From Hydrolagus affinis (lineage: Eukaryota), in the NCBI GenBank assembly GCA_012026655.1, contig JAAILG010000767.1, positions 160 to 64,000 of the forward strand: DNA of 63,841 nucleotides. Reading direction: 5' to 3'. Shown piece by piece: positions 1-12,886 of this stretch. Each line of letters starts with the position of its first letter. Positions within the stretch are counted from its first letter, which is position 1. The notes under the pieces were generated by a model. It saw only the letters and a program-made list of their open reading frames with translations, made no database searches and was not told the origin of the DNA. A program made the position numbers and the translations under genes.

Positions 1-323
1 ATAATGATAATCATCATAATCCTTGCATTTTGATATAAAGCTTTTCACGTCTTCTAGACGTCTCAAAGCCCCTCACAGAATATACTGTAAAGTGAATTGA
101 CGGTATGTTTGTGGGCGAAAAGCAGGAGCCAATTGTGCACAGCAGCGTCCCCACAAACAGCCGTGGATTGAAATGACCAATTTTTATTCTTGTATTTTTT
201 TTTGAGGGATTATTATTAGGCGTGTGGAGTAAGGAAAGTTGCCCAAGGTTTCGCCCTGACCTGCCCGGATTCGAACGCAGGTCTCATTCTTGTCAGGCGG
301 GTTCTCTAACCACTGAGCTACCG
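1..323 (-). mobile_element. tRNA-headed Deu-domain SINE, near full length (dominant young family)
   Basis: The reverse complement has an A-box (TAGCTCAGTGG), a B-box (GTTCGAATCC), the gtgcacaattggct core and an aaatgcaaggattat tail. Confidence 0.88.
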
Positions 324-364
324 CATGCGTAAGGGTGGAGGACGGCGGTGGTGGGGGGGAGATT

Positions 365-497
365 AATACTAATAATAATAATCCTTGCATTTGATAAAGC
401 GCCTTACAACCTCTTTGCAAAGTCTCAAAGCGCTTCACGTGACATACCGTGAAGTGAATTGACTGTATTAATGTAGGCGAAACGCGGCAGCCAATTA
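365..497 (-). mobile_element. Deu-SINE 3' fragment
   Basis: (AAT)n-ccttgcatttg ... aaacgcggcagccaatt. Confidence 0.8.
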
Positions 498-824
498 GAC
501 ACCCGATGGCATTGAAGGTGCCTCCTCTTTGCCCTGAATTGGCTGTGTCAGTTTCGAAACATTTGTTTGTGAAACATTTAAAGAAACTGCGAACCACTTT
601 GTCGCGTAAACATTGGAGAATTCTAAAGTAGGGATACAGTGTATTGCTTTGGGTGCCATTGTGGGAAACAGACGGTGTTGCTCATTGGAATGCAGATGTT
701 TTGTTGGGGGTTGTTAATTCTGTATTGACATCAACAAACACTGTTTGTGTAAAAACAGAAACGGTGGAATCTGTAAAGGCTCGTCCAGTGACGTGACTAT
801 CTGCTGCTTAATAAAATGACAATC

Positions 825-1060
825 TGGACCAGTTGGTAGCATTTTGTTGCCTCTGGGCCAGGAAGTCGTACGTTCAAGGGACTTTGAAGTAATTGTCTGG
901 ACTAGATTAACACTTCACAGCAGAGCTGGGGGAGTCCTACATTGTCAGAGGTGCCATCCTTTGGAAGAGACATTAAACCAGTCTTGTCTGTCTGTTTAAG
1001 TGAGCATTAAAAATTGCGTGGCGCTATTTGGAGAGCAGGGATGTGCTCTGCTGTTTGCAT
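825..1060 (+). mobile_element. Old SacSINE1/AmnSINE-like DeuSINE, degraded
   Basis: Head cagttggtagc...gcctctgggccaggaag...gttcaag, followed by ttgtcagaggtgccatcctttggaagagacattaaacc...tggcgctatttggagagcaggg, which resembles the recalled Deu-domain 5' part. Confidence 0.65.
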
Positions 1061-2040
1061 TCTAGGTTTTCACATTTCACGAGCCTATTTCATGATACAG
1101 TTTTCTGTATGGAGTGCTGTGAATTACAATCATATATCAGTCATCTTCCCTCTTCAAAAGATGTCAAGACTGAAAGAAAATACGTTATCTGGTTACTCAA
1201 AAAGCTTTCAAATAAACTTGTACTTGCCAGAGGCAAATGTATTAGAGTTAGAGTCTGTTGCATATCTTGGATGCTTTTATCTGTCACCGTTTTACAATTG
1301 AATTTCTCAACATATAATTTTTAAAAATGTTTAAAATGCAACTACTGTACCTACTTTTTAAAATAAAATGTTTCCAGGAGGTGATGCTTCTTTGATTTGG
1401 AACAGTTTCACCTGAGAGCTGTACACACAGTGGACAGGTAATTGCTCATTCCCCCCAAGTTCAGATCATCAACTTAATTTTGTAAGTGGATCGCCTTTCC
1501 AAAAAAAAGACAGGGATTGCAAAGAACACTGCTCTCCAGCATTGTGAAGAACTGGGTCTGCCTGGGTAGATGGTAGATATGATATGAACAATGATATTGT
1601 TCATGAGTGCTTTGAGGATAATATGGAAATAATGTCCTTTTGAACAAGGGCAGTCTTGCTGCAGTCATCTGTCACTTCAATCTGACGCACAGCTGTATTA
1701 ATTTTGGTGATTTATCAGATGAGCCGCTAGGTGGAGCATTGATTGGGTGTAGAATATCTGATTAGAAGTCAATAAACTACATTGCCATCGGGTACCACTG
1801 CACCTGAGGCTCAGATTGTCCACCTGGAGCGGGTGGCCTGGAAGGCACAACTTATTTGTGAACACCAAATTAATTTTTAATTCAGAAACCTACAAAAAGG
1901 ACCTATATATTCCTGTAATCTATATTTGTACTGGATGTAATGTTCCGTTGGCTGCATAGCAATAACATTAGAATTCTATTTGTTTTTTGGGGTTTGAATA
2001 TTTTCCTCCAGGTTGATTCACGGATTGCTTCATTTGATGG

Positions 2041-2526
2041 TTTGACGAGTTGACTATACCAGGAATGGGGAACCTTAGCTATGAGGACAGGCTGGAGAAG
2101 TTAGGACTTTTCCCAGTAGAGCAGAGAAGATTACGCGGGAACCTGATAGAGGTCTTCAAGGTGATGAAAGGTTTCGACAGGCTAGATAGGGAAAAGCTGT
2201 TTCCGCTGGTAGGTGTGTCTGTAATCCGTGGTCACAGTCTTAAGATAACTACCAAAAGAAGAAGAGGGGAGGTTAGAATAAATTTTTTTACTCAGCGAGT
2301 TGTTCGAATTTGGAATGATCTGCCTGAAAGGGTAGTGAGGTCCGATTCGATAGCAGCTTTTAAGAGAGAACTAGATAGGTATCTGGGAAGACGGGTTTGG
2401 AGGGTTATGGGGAGAAAGCTGGTGATTGGGGTTAATGAAAGTGACTTGCTCGGTCAAAGAGCCGCCACAGACTCGATGGGCCGAATGGCCTCCTTCTGTG
2501 CCGTAACATTCTATGATTCTATGATT
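2041..2526 (+). mobile_element. CR1 LINE, 5'-truncated 3' end
   Basis: ORF 2050..2559 carries SYEDRLEKLGLF..EQRRLRGNLIEVFK..FFTQRVVRIWNDLP..FKRELD (CR1 ORF2 C-terminus). The gggccgaatggcct hairpin and (ATTCTATG)n tail follow at 2508-2526. Confidence 0.93.
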
Positions 2527-2635
2527 TGGAGTTGCAGTAAATGTGAAAGTGCCAGCTAAGTTTGAGACACTGTTAAATTTGCACAGAGCTCTCCATGAAA
2601 CTCTATGCTCCTTCTAGACCGTAGATATTTTTTTC

Positions 2636-2775
2636 ATTGCTTATCCCTTTCAAACTTGGGAATAAGATCAGTCTTGCTGCTCTTCTCTGTTCCCTCGCCA
2701 ATGTTTGGATGTGTCTTTCGTGGCTCTGTGACCAGAATGACACACAGTTTTCGCAAGTGTGGCCTTTGAATGTTA
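2636..2775 (-). mobile_element. Degraded CR1 ORF2 fragment
   Basis: Minus-strand translation RPHL..CV..RK..LIP resembles the CR1 motif RPHLEYCVQFWSP..RRATRLIP. Confidence 0.55.
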
Positions 2776-2810
2776 AGTAAGCACTTATTTCCTTCTCTTA
2801 ATACATAACT

Positions 2811-3115
2811 ACTACTAATAATAATAATATTCCTTGCATTTGATGTTTCACATTTTCTAGACATCTGAAAGCGCTTCACAGAATGTATGATAAAGTGAAT
2901 TGACTGTAAAATTTGTGGCAAACCAGAGCAGTCAATTATGCACAGCAGTGGCCACAAACAGTTGTGGATTGAAGTGATCAATTTATTGATTTTTTTCTTG
3001 ATGGATTATTATCAGGTATGTGGAGTAAGGAAACTTGCCCAAGGTTGTTCCCTGCCAGCAATCAAACCCAGATCTCTTGCTTGCGAGTCCTCTAACCACT
3101 GAGCTACAGGACTCC
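2811..3115 (-). mobile_element. Deu-SINE, full length
   Basis: Runs from the tail to ctctaaccactgagctacaggactcc (reverse complement of the tRNA head). Confidence 0.88.
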
Positions 3116-3892
3116 AAAAAATCCTACAGGTTGTGACAGGAATAAGGAATGCATTTTTATACGAGAAATATCTACTTCTAGCAGATGCATTTTTAATTAT
3201 TCTCCACTCGAGCATGGAGAAAATTTATGAAAAATTTCCCTCCCTTCATTCTTTCCATGCTGTGGCAGAAGGAACTTCTGATCAGCTGATAATATATAAA
3301 AGGCTGGAAAGACAAACACCAAACACCAAGTGCGTCAACATTTTTTAAATGAACCACTAGATTTATTCATGTAGGAATTGAAGAAAAATCTGCGATTGTT
3401 CTCACACACTGACCAATAACTGTTAACAGCAGCATTGCCATCTGATCGCAAGAGTGCCACTCAATCAGCATGCAATCCATCACAGCAGGGAGACATAAGT
3501 GAGGGGAGACAACAATGATAAACATTAAACAAAACGTTGAGATAAAGTAGCTACAACAGAAGCCCCTTTATATGGCGTGGCTAAGATCAGAAATGTGAAT
3601 CACTATTGTACCAATACAGTTTGAATACAGCTGAATATGTAAAACAAATGCAAATACTATACTATAAAGAGAATAAAGACTTTAATAACTGACAGGGACA
3701 ATCAAAGACCCTAACAAAACAAAAGAGATTCTACCTTTGGATAAGGTATGGTGCAGATATGCTATTGTGATTATAGATTCCAAGCATGTACAGTACATGA
3801 TATAGGGGTATTTTTGTTTTAAAAAAAGGAATAAAAACAGTAGCTGCTGTACTTTTTAACACAAAGAGCTCTTTCCCCAACCGAACTTCGTA

Positions 3893-4205
3893 GAGTTCTG
3901 TAGCACAGTGGTTAGAGTACTCGCCTTACAAGCAGGAGATCTGGGTTCAATTCCTGGCAGGGCGAAGCCTTGGGCAAGTTTCCTTACTCCACACACTTAA
4001 TAATAATCCTTAAAAAAAAACACAATCATTAATTGGTCATTTCAATCCATGACTTTGAGGGACACTACTGTGCGCAATTGGCTGCCGCGTTTCGCCCACA
4101 AATATAAGTCAATTCACTTTGCAGTATATTCTGTGAAGAGCTTTGAGACATCCGGAAGACATGAAAAGCGCAATATCAAAATGCAAGGATTATAATATTA
4201 TTATT
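3893..4205 (+). mobile_element. Deu-SINE, full length
   Basis: gagttctgtagcacagtggttagag...ggttcaattcc...attggctgccgcgtttcgccc...aaatgcaaggattat. Confidence 0.9.
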
Positions 4206-4888
4206 TATGCTTGATGATTAGCCACGACTGATACTTTGCCACTTTTTTTTGTTGGGCAAGCATTGTGTGCTCTTTATCAGTACTCCTGATAAAATAACAT
4301 GGTGCCCCTCAATCCTGAACAAGGGGTTCGTTCAGGAAGAAAACAAGGAAGCCTTCCTCTTATTGGCAGGTCATAGAAATGGTATTGTGGTAACCATATT
4401 CCAACACAAGAGATGGACGCAGCAGGAACAGGGATGTGGGAAGGGAGAAGAGAGCTGAAAAGGAACCCGTCTTAACTGAAGAAAAATCATGTACTCACAT
4501 TACTGAAGCTGAGCAGATCGAAAGAGGATAATGTGGTGAAATGCAGGCAGTGCTGGAGTTCAAGCCTGTGATCATACAAGCATGAGACAAGCACCCTCAT
4601 CAAGAGTACTTCCAAGTACTTTCATGCTACTTCTGTTTGGTTTTCATTCTCAATGTTACTTCATACCACGATTTTTGCCACTCTGCAGCCTTCTCCGTGA
4701 CTGTTGAAACAGCTGTCTGCATGATTCTGCATCCTCACGGTGATATGCTAATGTCTCTACTCCATCCTCAATAACTGCTTCTGCATTGAATAAACTTCAA
4801 ATGTTTCAGAGGTTTCGCAAAATGGAGCTACAAACTATTAACTCATTACTTAAACAAAAATGTAAAACTTCAAATCATGAGCTCTCTT

Positions 4889-4992
4889 TATAATAATAAT
4901 AATAGTAATCCTTACATTTGATATCCCGCTTTTCACGTCTTCTGGATGTCTCAAGCGCTTCACAGTGAATTGACTATTTGTGGGTGAAACGT
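4889..4992 (-). mobile_element. Deu-SINE tail fragment
   Basis: (AAT)n-ccttacatttgat...cttttcacgtcttc...gcgcttcacag. Confidence 0.75.
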
Positions 4993-5115
4993 GTGTGAAT
5001 CAATCCCCCTGTCAGGGTGGGGGTTAACGGAGGTCAGAACAAGTAAATCTATGAACTCCTTCACTGGGAACCGTCTCCCATCATGTCTCTGCAGCAACAT
5101 TGCATCTTGCGAAAT

Positions 5116-5207
5116 ATTAATCCTTGCATTTGATATTAATCCTTATCACAACATTGAGTCGTCTTGAAGACGTGAAAAGCGCTACCTCAAATGTAAGGAT
5201 TATTATT
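5116..5207. mobile_element. Two short Deu-SINE tail pieces in opposite orientation
   Basis: aatccttgcatttga (5119-5133) faces gaagacgtgaaaagcgc...tcaaatgtaaggattatt. Confidence 0.6.
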
Positions 5208-6420
5208 TTTGCTATTATCTTAGAGAATGTCGGGACTGCTTTCAGTTGACCTAGGCCTTGAGAAGAATATGCATCTGCCATCGCCTATCCAGCTGTTGCA
5301 ACAAAAACCTGTATTAGTGGCGTGTGCTGTTAGGGACTATGTCACAAGGAAGCTACTGAATTGAGGCATTCTGATGAAGTCATGAAACTAGGATATCTGA
5401 AGCGAAAGTGGTGCCTGATATTGGGATTTGGAAGGCACTTCCACAATCAACTGTTGCTTTTTGTGATGTACAGAAACTTCTATACATCAATTTATTGATA
5501 TTTATATTGGAAAATGTGAGGTTGTACAAGACCAAAAACCTGCCGAAATTGATAACTGGCAAGATTCAGTGAATTTCACACCAAGAGGTTTGTTCAGTTA
5601 AATGGTGAGACTAATTCGGAAGCAGTGCAAATGCTTCCTGAAGTTAGGACCACATCCTTCCAGCTTCATGTACGACAAGCTGCAGGAGTAGGAAGAGAGA
5701 GAGAGAGAGCAGTGTTGCTTTATTCTTTTCTATATTTTCATTAAAAGCTCAGGAAATGTGACTCCTATCTTTACAAAACTTCCCCAGGGGGAAGCAGGGA
5801 CAATGTGAGGTCATGTCAAGCTCGGCTGCCCTTACATGCGTCCTTGCGGGCAGTTATAAGTGAGCTTAGCAAAAAAGCCTCAAACAAGCTCCCTCGTCCA
5901 TCCTTTGATCTAGAATGATGCAAAGATATATTTAATAGCAACTGATGAAAAATGGCAATAGGGTGCCAACGTTTTATTTGCAATCTCCTAGATTGATGTA
6001 TGTTTTTAAATTGTTTTTAAATTGTTCCCGGCACAATAATGCAGGTTAGTTGGAGTTCTTTCAGATCTCACAAAAAAAATCAATGCCACAATTCCCTTTC
6101 AACTACATTACCTCATAAGTGAAAAATCTGTATTAGAAACAGTTTAAAAGTACTCGCCAAGGCACTGTACCACTTCAGTTAGGTTTTGCTTTTCAAACAA
6201 GCTGTGCAATTGCCTTGGCTTCCATTTGGGTTGTGAGCACTATTTGACTTGGGACAAAAAAAGATTATTTTAGATCAAAATATTTAACAAATGGTTCCAC
6301 TTCTACAAAAAAGCATATATTCCTTTACAAGAATGGATATTTATTTAGCACTTCAAATGCAAGGATTATTATTATTATAATCTCAGAAACTCCACTTTGT
6401 GGGATGGCACAACCTTAAAA

Positions 6421-6699
6421 GGCAAATTTCCTTACTGCACCACACCTCTGTTTGCCAAGCAGTAAGTAGGTTGTTGGATGATTGGTGGATCACTTTTCCA
6501 AGGGTAATAATTCCTTTAAAAAAATAAAAAAAAGTTTTGTCACTTAATCCACGACTGTGTGTGGGACATTGCTATGCAATGAGTTACTGCATCTTGGCCA
6601 CTAAATTCAATTCACTTTACAGTATATCCTGTGAAGTGCTTTGAGACATCTCAAAGACATGAAACTGTAATGTGTTAATCAAATGCAAGGATTATTATT
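6421..6699 (+). mobile_element. Deu-SINE, long-form variant, headless and degraded
   Basis: ggcaaatttccttact...cctctgtttgccaagcag...gattggtggatcacttttcc...aaatgcaaggattatt. Confidence 0.75.
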
Positions 6700-7526
6700 G
6701 TTAAAACTAGCAAATAGGCACATTGACTCTGAATACCCATTAAAAAATGTTTTTATGAATTATGATTCCAATGTAATGTTATTTTGTCTCCAATCTGTTT
6801 CTATTGATGTATATAAACAAACTGGCTTCTGGTGATCTAATCAAGCAACTTGAGGAAGTGTTACCGAGTCAGACACTGAGATGATGATGATGAAATGTGA
6901 ATAGAAACCAGCATTAAGTGAAGGAACTTAAGCAATCTTGTTTATTTTTCTGACTGTATCTTATTTCAGATAACTCAAATAACCAGACTTATAATGGTTC
7001 CAACAATTTGGATCCAGTGGATGCTACAGTAAGCAGATACGTGTATAATTGTGTTTCTTAATTCACATTTTGTAAAACCATTATAAAGGCAACCTCAATT
7101 CTAGCAGGTGACAGATAAATGTTCCGGCTATTAATTATAATATATACGACATAGTTTAGACAAAGTACAATACTTTGCAAGTGTACGTAAACAGCTTTAG
7201 CAAATTCTGTTGAATTGTTTCTCTAATCTATTACAAATTATTTCCTGCAATTACTCTAGTACTGTATTCATGTTACATAAGATTTTAAAGTTGATGTAGA
7301 ATGGAAAGAAATTGTGTTCCTACTGAACTTTTGAAGGTGTAGGCAAGTGCTAACATTGCTATTTACTTTTTCTAAACCTTCAAAAAGTACATTTTAACCT
7401 TTCTTAAAAAATTCTTTTTAAAATTCCTGATCTATCCCAAACCAGATGTGATATCATTAGGATGTACATGTAGTACAGATAGAGAACTCAGAACTTTAAA
7501 TCAGTTGTGGTGCAGAAATGAAACAC

Positions 7527-7845
7527 AATAATAATAATAATCCTTGCATTTGATAATAGCGCTTTCCACATCTTCCAGATGTCTCAAAGAGCTTCACATC
7601 AACTGTGAAGCTGTATTTCAGTGAATTGAAAATTGACTGTAGATTTGTGAGGGAAACACAGCAGCCAATTGCACACAGCAATGTCCCACAAACTGTCGTC
7701 GTTTGAGTAACCAAATCATTATTGTTTTGGTTGTGGGATTATTATCAGGTGTGTGAAGTAAGGAAACTTATCCAAACTCGCCCTGCCCTGCTGGGAATCA
7801 AACCGAGGTCTCTTGATTGCTCTCACCGCTGAGGTACAGGACTTC
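7527..7845 (-). mobile_element. Deu-SINE, near full length
   Basis: (AAT)n tail, cagccaattgcacacagc core, and tacaggacttc head end. Confidence 0.85.
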
Positions 7846-8718
7846 ACAATAATATGAAATGTTATGTTTTCTCACTGCAGTATAACAAGTCATATTGTAT
7901 AAATCCAGAGCTATGCAGGAGTAAATGTAACCAAATCCCTGGATAGACAAGTACGCTTTCCTATAGCTCATAAGATATGTTTGATTCCAGTAGAGTAGCA
8001 TGCACTGCCATCCCATTGAGACAAGCCAACCAGAAATCATTAGGCCCTGAACAAAATGTGAAGTAGAATGTCATTATGATTACTATGTTTGTGTAATCTT
8101 AATAATTCACAGTCCCCAATCCCACTTGAGAACTGACAACATCTGGATTTCCAAGAATTTGTTTGTGGTATTAAGGAGGCCACAATTAGTACTTCTGACC
8201 AAACCCTTGAATTCTGACTTGGATTCAAGTCAACTTTTGTAACCCACCCAAAAATAAAAGACTATTTGGTTTTATTTCTCGTACGAAACCTAGAATTTGT
8301 GGTACTAATTTCAGGAGATTTGGGAGCACTTTGGAAATTAATTAAGTACTCAACTGAAACCCCACGGATACTGTGGGAAGGCCTTAAGATATTCCTCATA
8401 GAATAAAAGATAGAGAGACTAAGGTATACTTGATGGCTAAAGCAAAATAAAACCACAAAAATAACCACCCAGGAACAGGAAATTAAAGAACTAGAAATCA
8501 ATTTCTCTAAAGCTTGCAACAGGAAGTTACTTGTTTGAGTTCTAAATTTGAACATAAAACAATGTGTGTAGTCAGTGTTGAACTTCCTCCAATGGGACAA
8601 ACACTACTGTATATGATCTTTGGACAGATTGAAGAAATTGTTAGCTTAGTAACTCTGAAGAGAGAAAGCAACTGTCAGACATAACAAAAAAATGAGTCAC
8701 ATTTTATGATAAATATGT

Positions 8719-8765
8719 GGAGTCCTGTAGTTTAGTGGTTAGAGCAGTTGCCTTGCACGAGAACC
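8719..8765 (+). mobile_element. Deu-SINE tRNA head fragment
   Basis: ggagtcctgtagtttagtggttagagcagttgccttgc. Confidence 0.7.
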
Positions 8766-11700
8766 GCTGAGGAAAACAATCAAAGTGTGATGCTGGATTA
8801 ATATTAAACTGATTAAAGTTAAACTGTCACACCAGTCTTATTTAATGCTCATCAGATGAAAGAGAGAAGGGCTCTATAAATAGAAATGACAGACTCGGAG
8901 CCTTTCCACCCCCACATTCACATTTTGTGAAAAATAACTTGATGTTACTATGCATTTTCTCTTCAGAAATATCAAAGTATTTCAGTACTTCCACTTATGC
9001 AACGCTGAAAATCTTTGGCCATTAACCCAGGGCTCTGTTAATGCGTAAAATCTGGCATACACATTATGCTTCGTGCAGGGTTTCAATAGTCACAATTGAT
9101 GCAATTGATAAAGGGATGCAATTAATAAAGTTTTAAAAATCTTAATGGCAACAAGATGGTTTAAAAAGGACTGGCATGATTTTTACAATAGTGTGAACAA
9201 TATACCAAATGACTGGATTTATGGTATGTTTTTGAATTCCCAAATTGGAAAATTGCCCAGACAGCAATGAAACAATAGATTTCTTGACTAGAATTTAAAC
9301 ATAGATTCTGGAACCAAGATCAAAAACATATGTAGTTCTTTGTCAAGACACCATTTTTTAAAACTTTTAGTACAGTCGTCTCTCGTAATGTAAAAGCTAC
9401 AAATCCCATGTGTGGTCTTTTAACCATGGCGCTGTGGAACTTTTCCTAAAATTATATGTATGTGGTTTGGAATTAACAATTCCCCTGCAGTGTGTTTTCT
9501 GAAGTATGGGTTTCACTTGTTCATATCATCCTATCAAATTTTCTTTAAAGGATAGATATTGCCATTAGGTTGGTGGAAAAGAATCCTTACACATACAATC
9601 CATTGATGAGAACAAAGAACCTATAGGAACTTCTCAATACATACAAAGCAAGCCAATGAAATGAACGATATTTCCATTAGAAGTTTGTAGTCATTGGTGA
9701 GGCCAGTCGATTGATAAGATAATGGGAACCACTAAACCTGAACAAACAAATTGACAGAAAGTTACCATCATCATTCAGACATCATTCATATCTAATCCTC
9801 AAGTAAAAGTTAGGATTTTTTTTAAAAAAGTATGAATCGAGTGATAGCTTGTAGCTTTTTTTTTACTAGTGTTCAATTTTTCAAGACCAGCTATGTTAAT
9901 TACTGATGGTCTCCAATGGAGATTATTTATTTGCTAATGCCAAGTAGCTTCATGCACCCTGCCCTGATATGGAGGGGTGGAGGAGATAGAGCAACGCCTT
10001 TAAAACAACACCTTTAGATAAAGTTATCTGTTTGTCTTGCAAAGACAAATAGGGATATTTTCCAATCTAATCTCTTGTTTTAACGGTGTTAGAGTAGTAT
10101 CAAGTATCTTTGTTTGACAAGTGATTAGTTTTTATTTGGTTTACAGTATTAGATTTCTAGAATCGTTGCCATTATCAGCGACAGTCTGCGTGCAAGCCAA
10201 ATGTGCACCACTTTCTCTTTATTTTAGATGTTCCTTCACATATACAAGCACACGGGGTGCCGAAAAATACAGGACTTTATTGCTGTCATATACTGTTGGC
10301 AACTGACCTAATAATCATTGGCCAGAGTGATTGTGGTTTTCTTTACCGTCAATCAAAATGGCTGCTTATCTTTTGCATTGCAAGACTGTCGAGAAGCAAT
10401 GATCAGCATAGCTATTTGGGATGGCAGATGAGTTCAGCCTTGGCAATGATGCATTCATTTTCTGACCAACATGACACTCAACTCCCGCTTGTTAAGAGAT
10501 GCTCCGATTAGACCTTGTTGGATTTGAGTTTTGTGTTTTATTAATAGAGCTAGAGGACAATTTTATGACACAAGGATTTTCATTCACTTTTTCAAACAAG
10601 AGAAAGAGATCGTAACAACATCATAGCATATGTATTATTAAATCTAACTAGGTCAGACCAGCTTACTTAAAAAGAAAGTGGAAAATATCTCGGAGGAAAG
10701 CTGTCAGTGGAAGGCAGAGAGAGAGAGGCAGAGACCGATGGACAAACAAATTATTGTAATTGTTTTTTTGGGAAGACTCAAAATTAAGTTTGTAAAACAA
10801 TTTTAGACATAAAGACAACAGACAAAAATCTGGCCCACTAGTTAATCAATAGTATAGGACAATAAATAAGTATACTGTAGGAAATAAACTACTTATCGTG
10901 TATTCAAGGTACAAAGAAGCTTTCTGCATGAAAGAGCACACTGAGATAAGCAGCTGATAGATAAGAATTACCATTCTTCTATCCAGTCATAGTTACATTG
11001 AGTGAGCTTATTGTGAGTTGTTCTGGTTTCAACCAAGCACATCGCTTTTAATTTTGAACTCTGTCATTCAAAATGTCACTCAAGCCACAGAGTATTGGAC
11101 AGCTAGTCTAAATTATAATTGAAGGTGGAAATGAATTATGTGAATTTAACCTTATATAAGAATATCATTAAAAATATTGACAGTCATTCCACTTCACAGA
11201 AATGTTCTCAAAGTGCCATGCATTAATATTATTTTATTGTTTAAAATAATTATTATCTAACCCCAATGCGTAATCACTCTAGGAGTATTACCCTTATCTC
11301 TCTGCTCTGTCTTACCTAGGCAGTTGGCAGACAATGCCTCAGCATTTTTAAAATCAGAATGTTGCAGACCTTGTAAATGATTGCATTAATCTTTCAGCCT
11401 TGAATGTAAGAACAGATTGTGAAGGACAAATGTATTCAATATCTCTTCGTTTTGAAGCCTTAGAGCTAAAAAAATCACACCATGGAAAAAAAAATCTCAT
11501 TTTTTTAAGGAGTTTAGAATCTTGTTTCATTCAAAGAAGAAATTTTAATATTCTTTGAGTTTTTAATAAGAAAATCTTTACAAAATTTGAATGGAATATT
11601 TGTTCCTGGCTTAGCTGACTGAAACACTGACTGAAGAAAATTGCCCACAAAATAGTTTTTTACATACTGAGAATTATTACATCTTTGGATATTTTACAAA

Positions 11701-12574
11701 GAAATCAATATAAAACACATCACTGAAATCCATTCATTGAAACTCAGTTTAATGTAATTTGCATTGATATGGTTACCTCAGAATGGCATGCAGAATAAAA
11801 AAAACATTGTCCAGCAAGTATAGGCATTTGTGTCAAAGTGATTTATTGGTTCATTAATTCAGAGTCAGTCTTTTCATACAATAAAGGACTGAATAATAAT
11901 TAATGAATGGTGGTGAATGGGTTAACTAGCATCAGAAACAGCCTCCTAAAGCTGTTTTGGTCTCCATATTGCCTTGGCCACAGATGTTAAGGTCAATGAA
12001 AGGTTATTTTGATTGAAAATGAACGGAAGCTCCAGCCCAAATGCATTACATAATAGTTGAGATTTATTTGGTGAATTTTAACATGATTTTGTGGTGGAGC
12101 TATGTAGCATTCCATTACTAATTTAGTGTTGTACTGTACTGAGAGACCAAAATTACACCAAAGGGAACAACATTTAATGGTATTTCAAATTTATGCCGTT
12201 TTGCTGATTTAAAGAGTAGAATTAGAATATTTGTTGAAAGGATATTTATAACTTTCTTTTGCTGTGCATATTGACAAGATTTGTAACAGTTATTCACATC
12301 TTAAACATTGTAAAGCTATCAAACCTGTTGGTTATGGATAGCATTTACCTCTTAGGCCTGTAAATTCTGTTTGTTATTTAAATAATACTCATAAGAAATA
12401 CAAAGCTCTTGTGGCTTGTTTGGGACTGGTATTAAACTGCTCAAGTGAACATGTTCCATTGTGTGTCCTAAACATAATTGTCGGAATACTATGTCATTAC
12501 CATATATAAAACCTATATGTTACACAGAGTGCTGATTGTGGAAAAACAATGGCTATCACATCCATATCTTTTGA

Positions 12575-12886
12575 CGCTCTCATAGTACAGGTTAGAGCAC
12601 TCACCTCGCAAGCAAGAGACCCGGGCTCAATTCCCGACAGGGCGAAAGCTTGGGCAACTTTCCTTACTCCACACGCCTAATAATAATCCCTCAAAAAAAC
12701 ACAATAATAATTTGATCGCTCAATCAACAGCTGTTTGCGTGATGCTGCTGTGCACAATTGGTTGCTGTGTTTCACCCACAAATATACAGTCAATTCACTT
12801 TACAGTATATTCTGTGAAGCGCTTTGAGACATCTAGAAGACCTGAAAAGCACTATATCAAATGTAAGGATTATTATTGTTATTATT
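12575..12886 (+). mobile_element. Deu-SINE, near full length
   Basis: Head ggttagagcactcacctcgcaag, followed by the core and an aaatgtaaggattatt tail. Confidence 0.88.

Noticed and set aside
184-597. ORFs with LQSIHFTV / KCKDYYY / ARIIII motifs (also 12712, 41030, 50765, 59857 and others)
   Set aside because: They are translations of the non-coding Deu-SINE; their recurrence reflects repeat copies, not a protein family.
2050-2559. 169-aa ORF as a host gene
   Set aside because: It is the C-terminus of CR1 ORF2 running into the CR1 3' tail.
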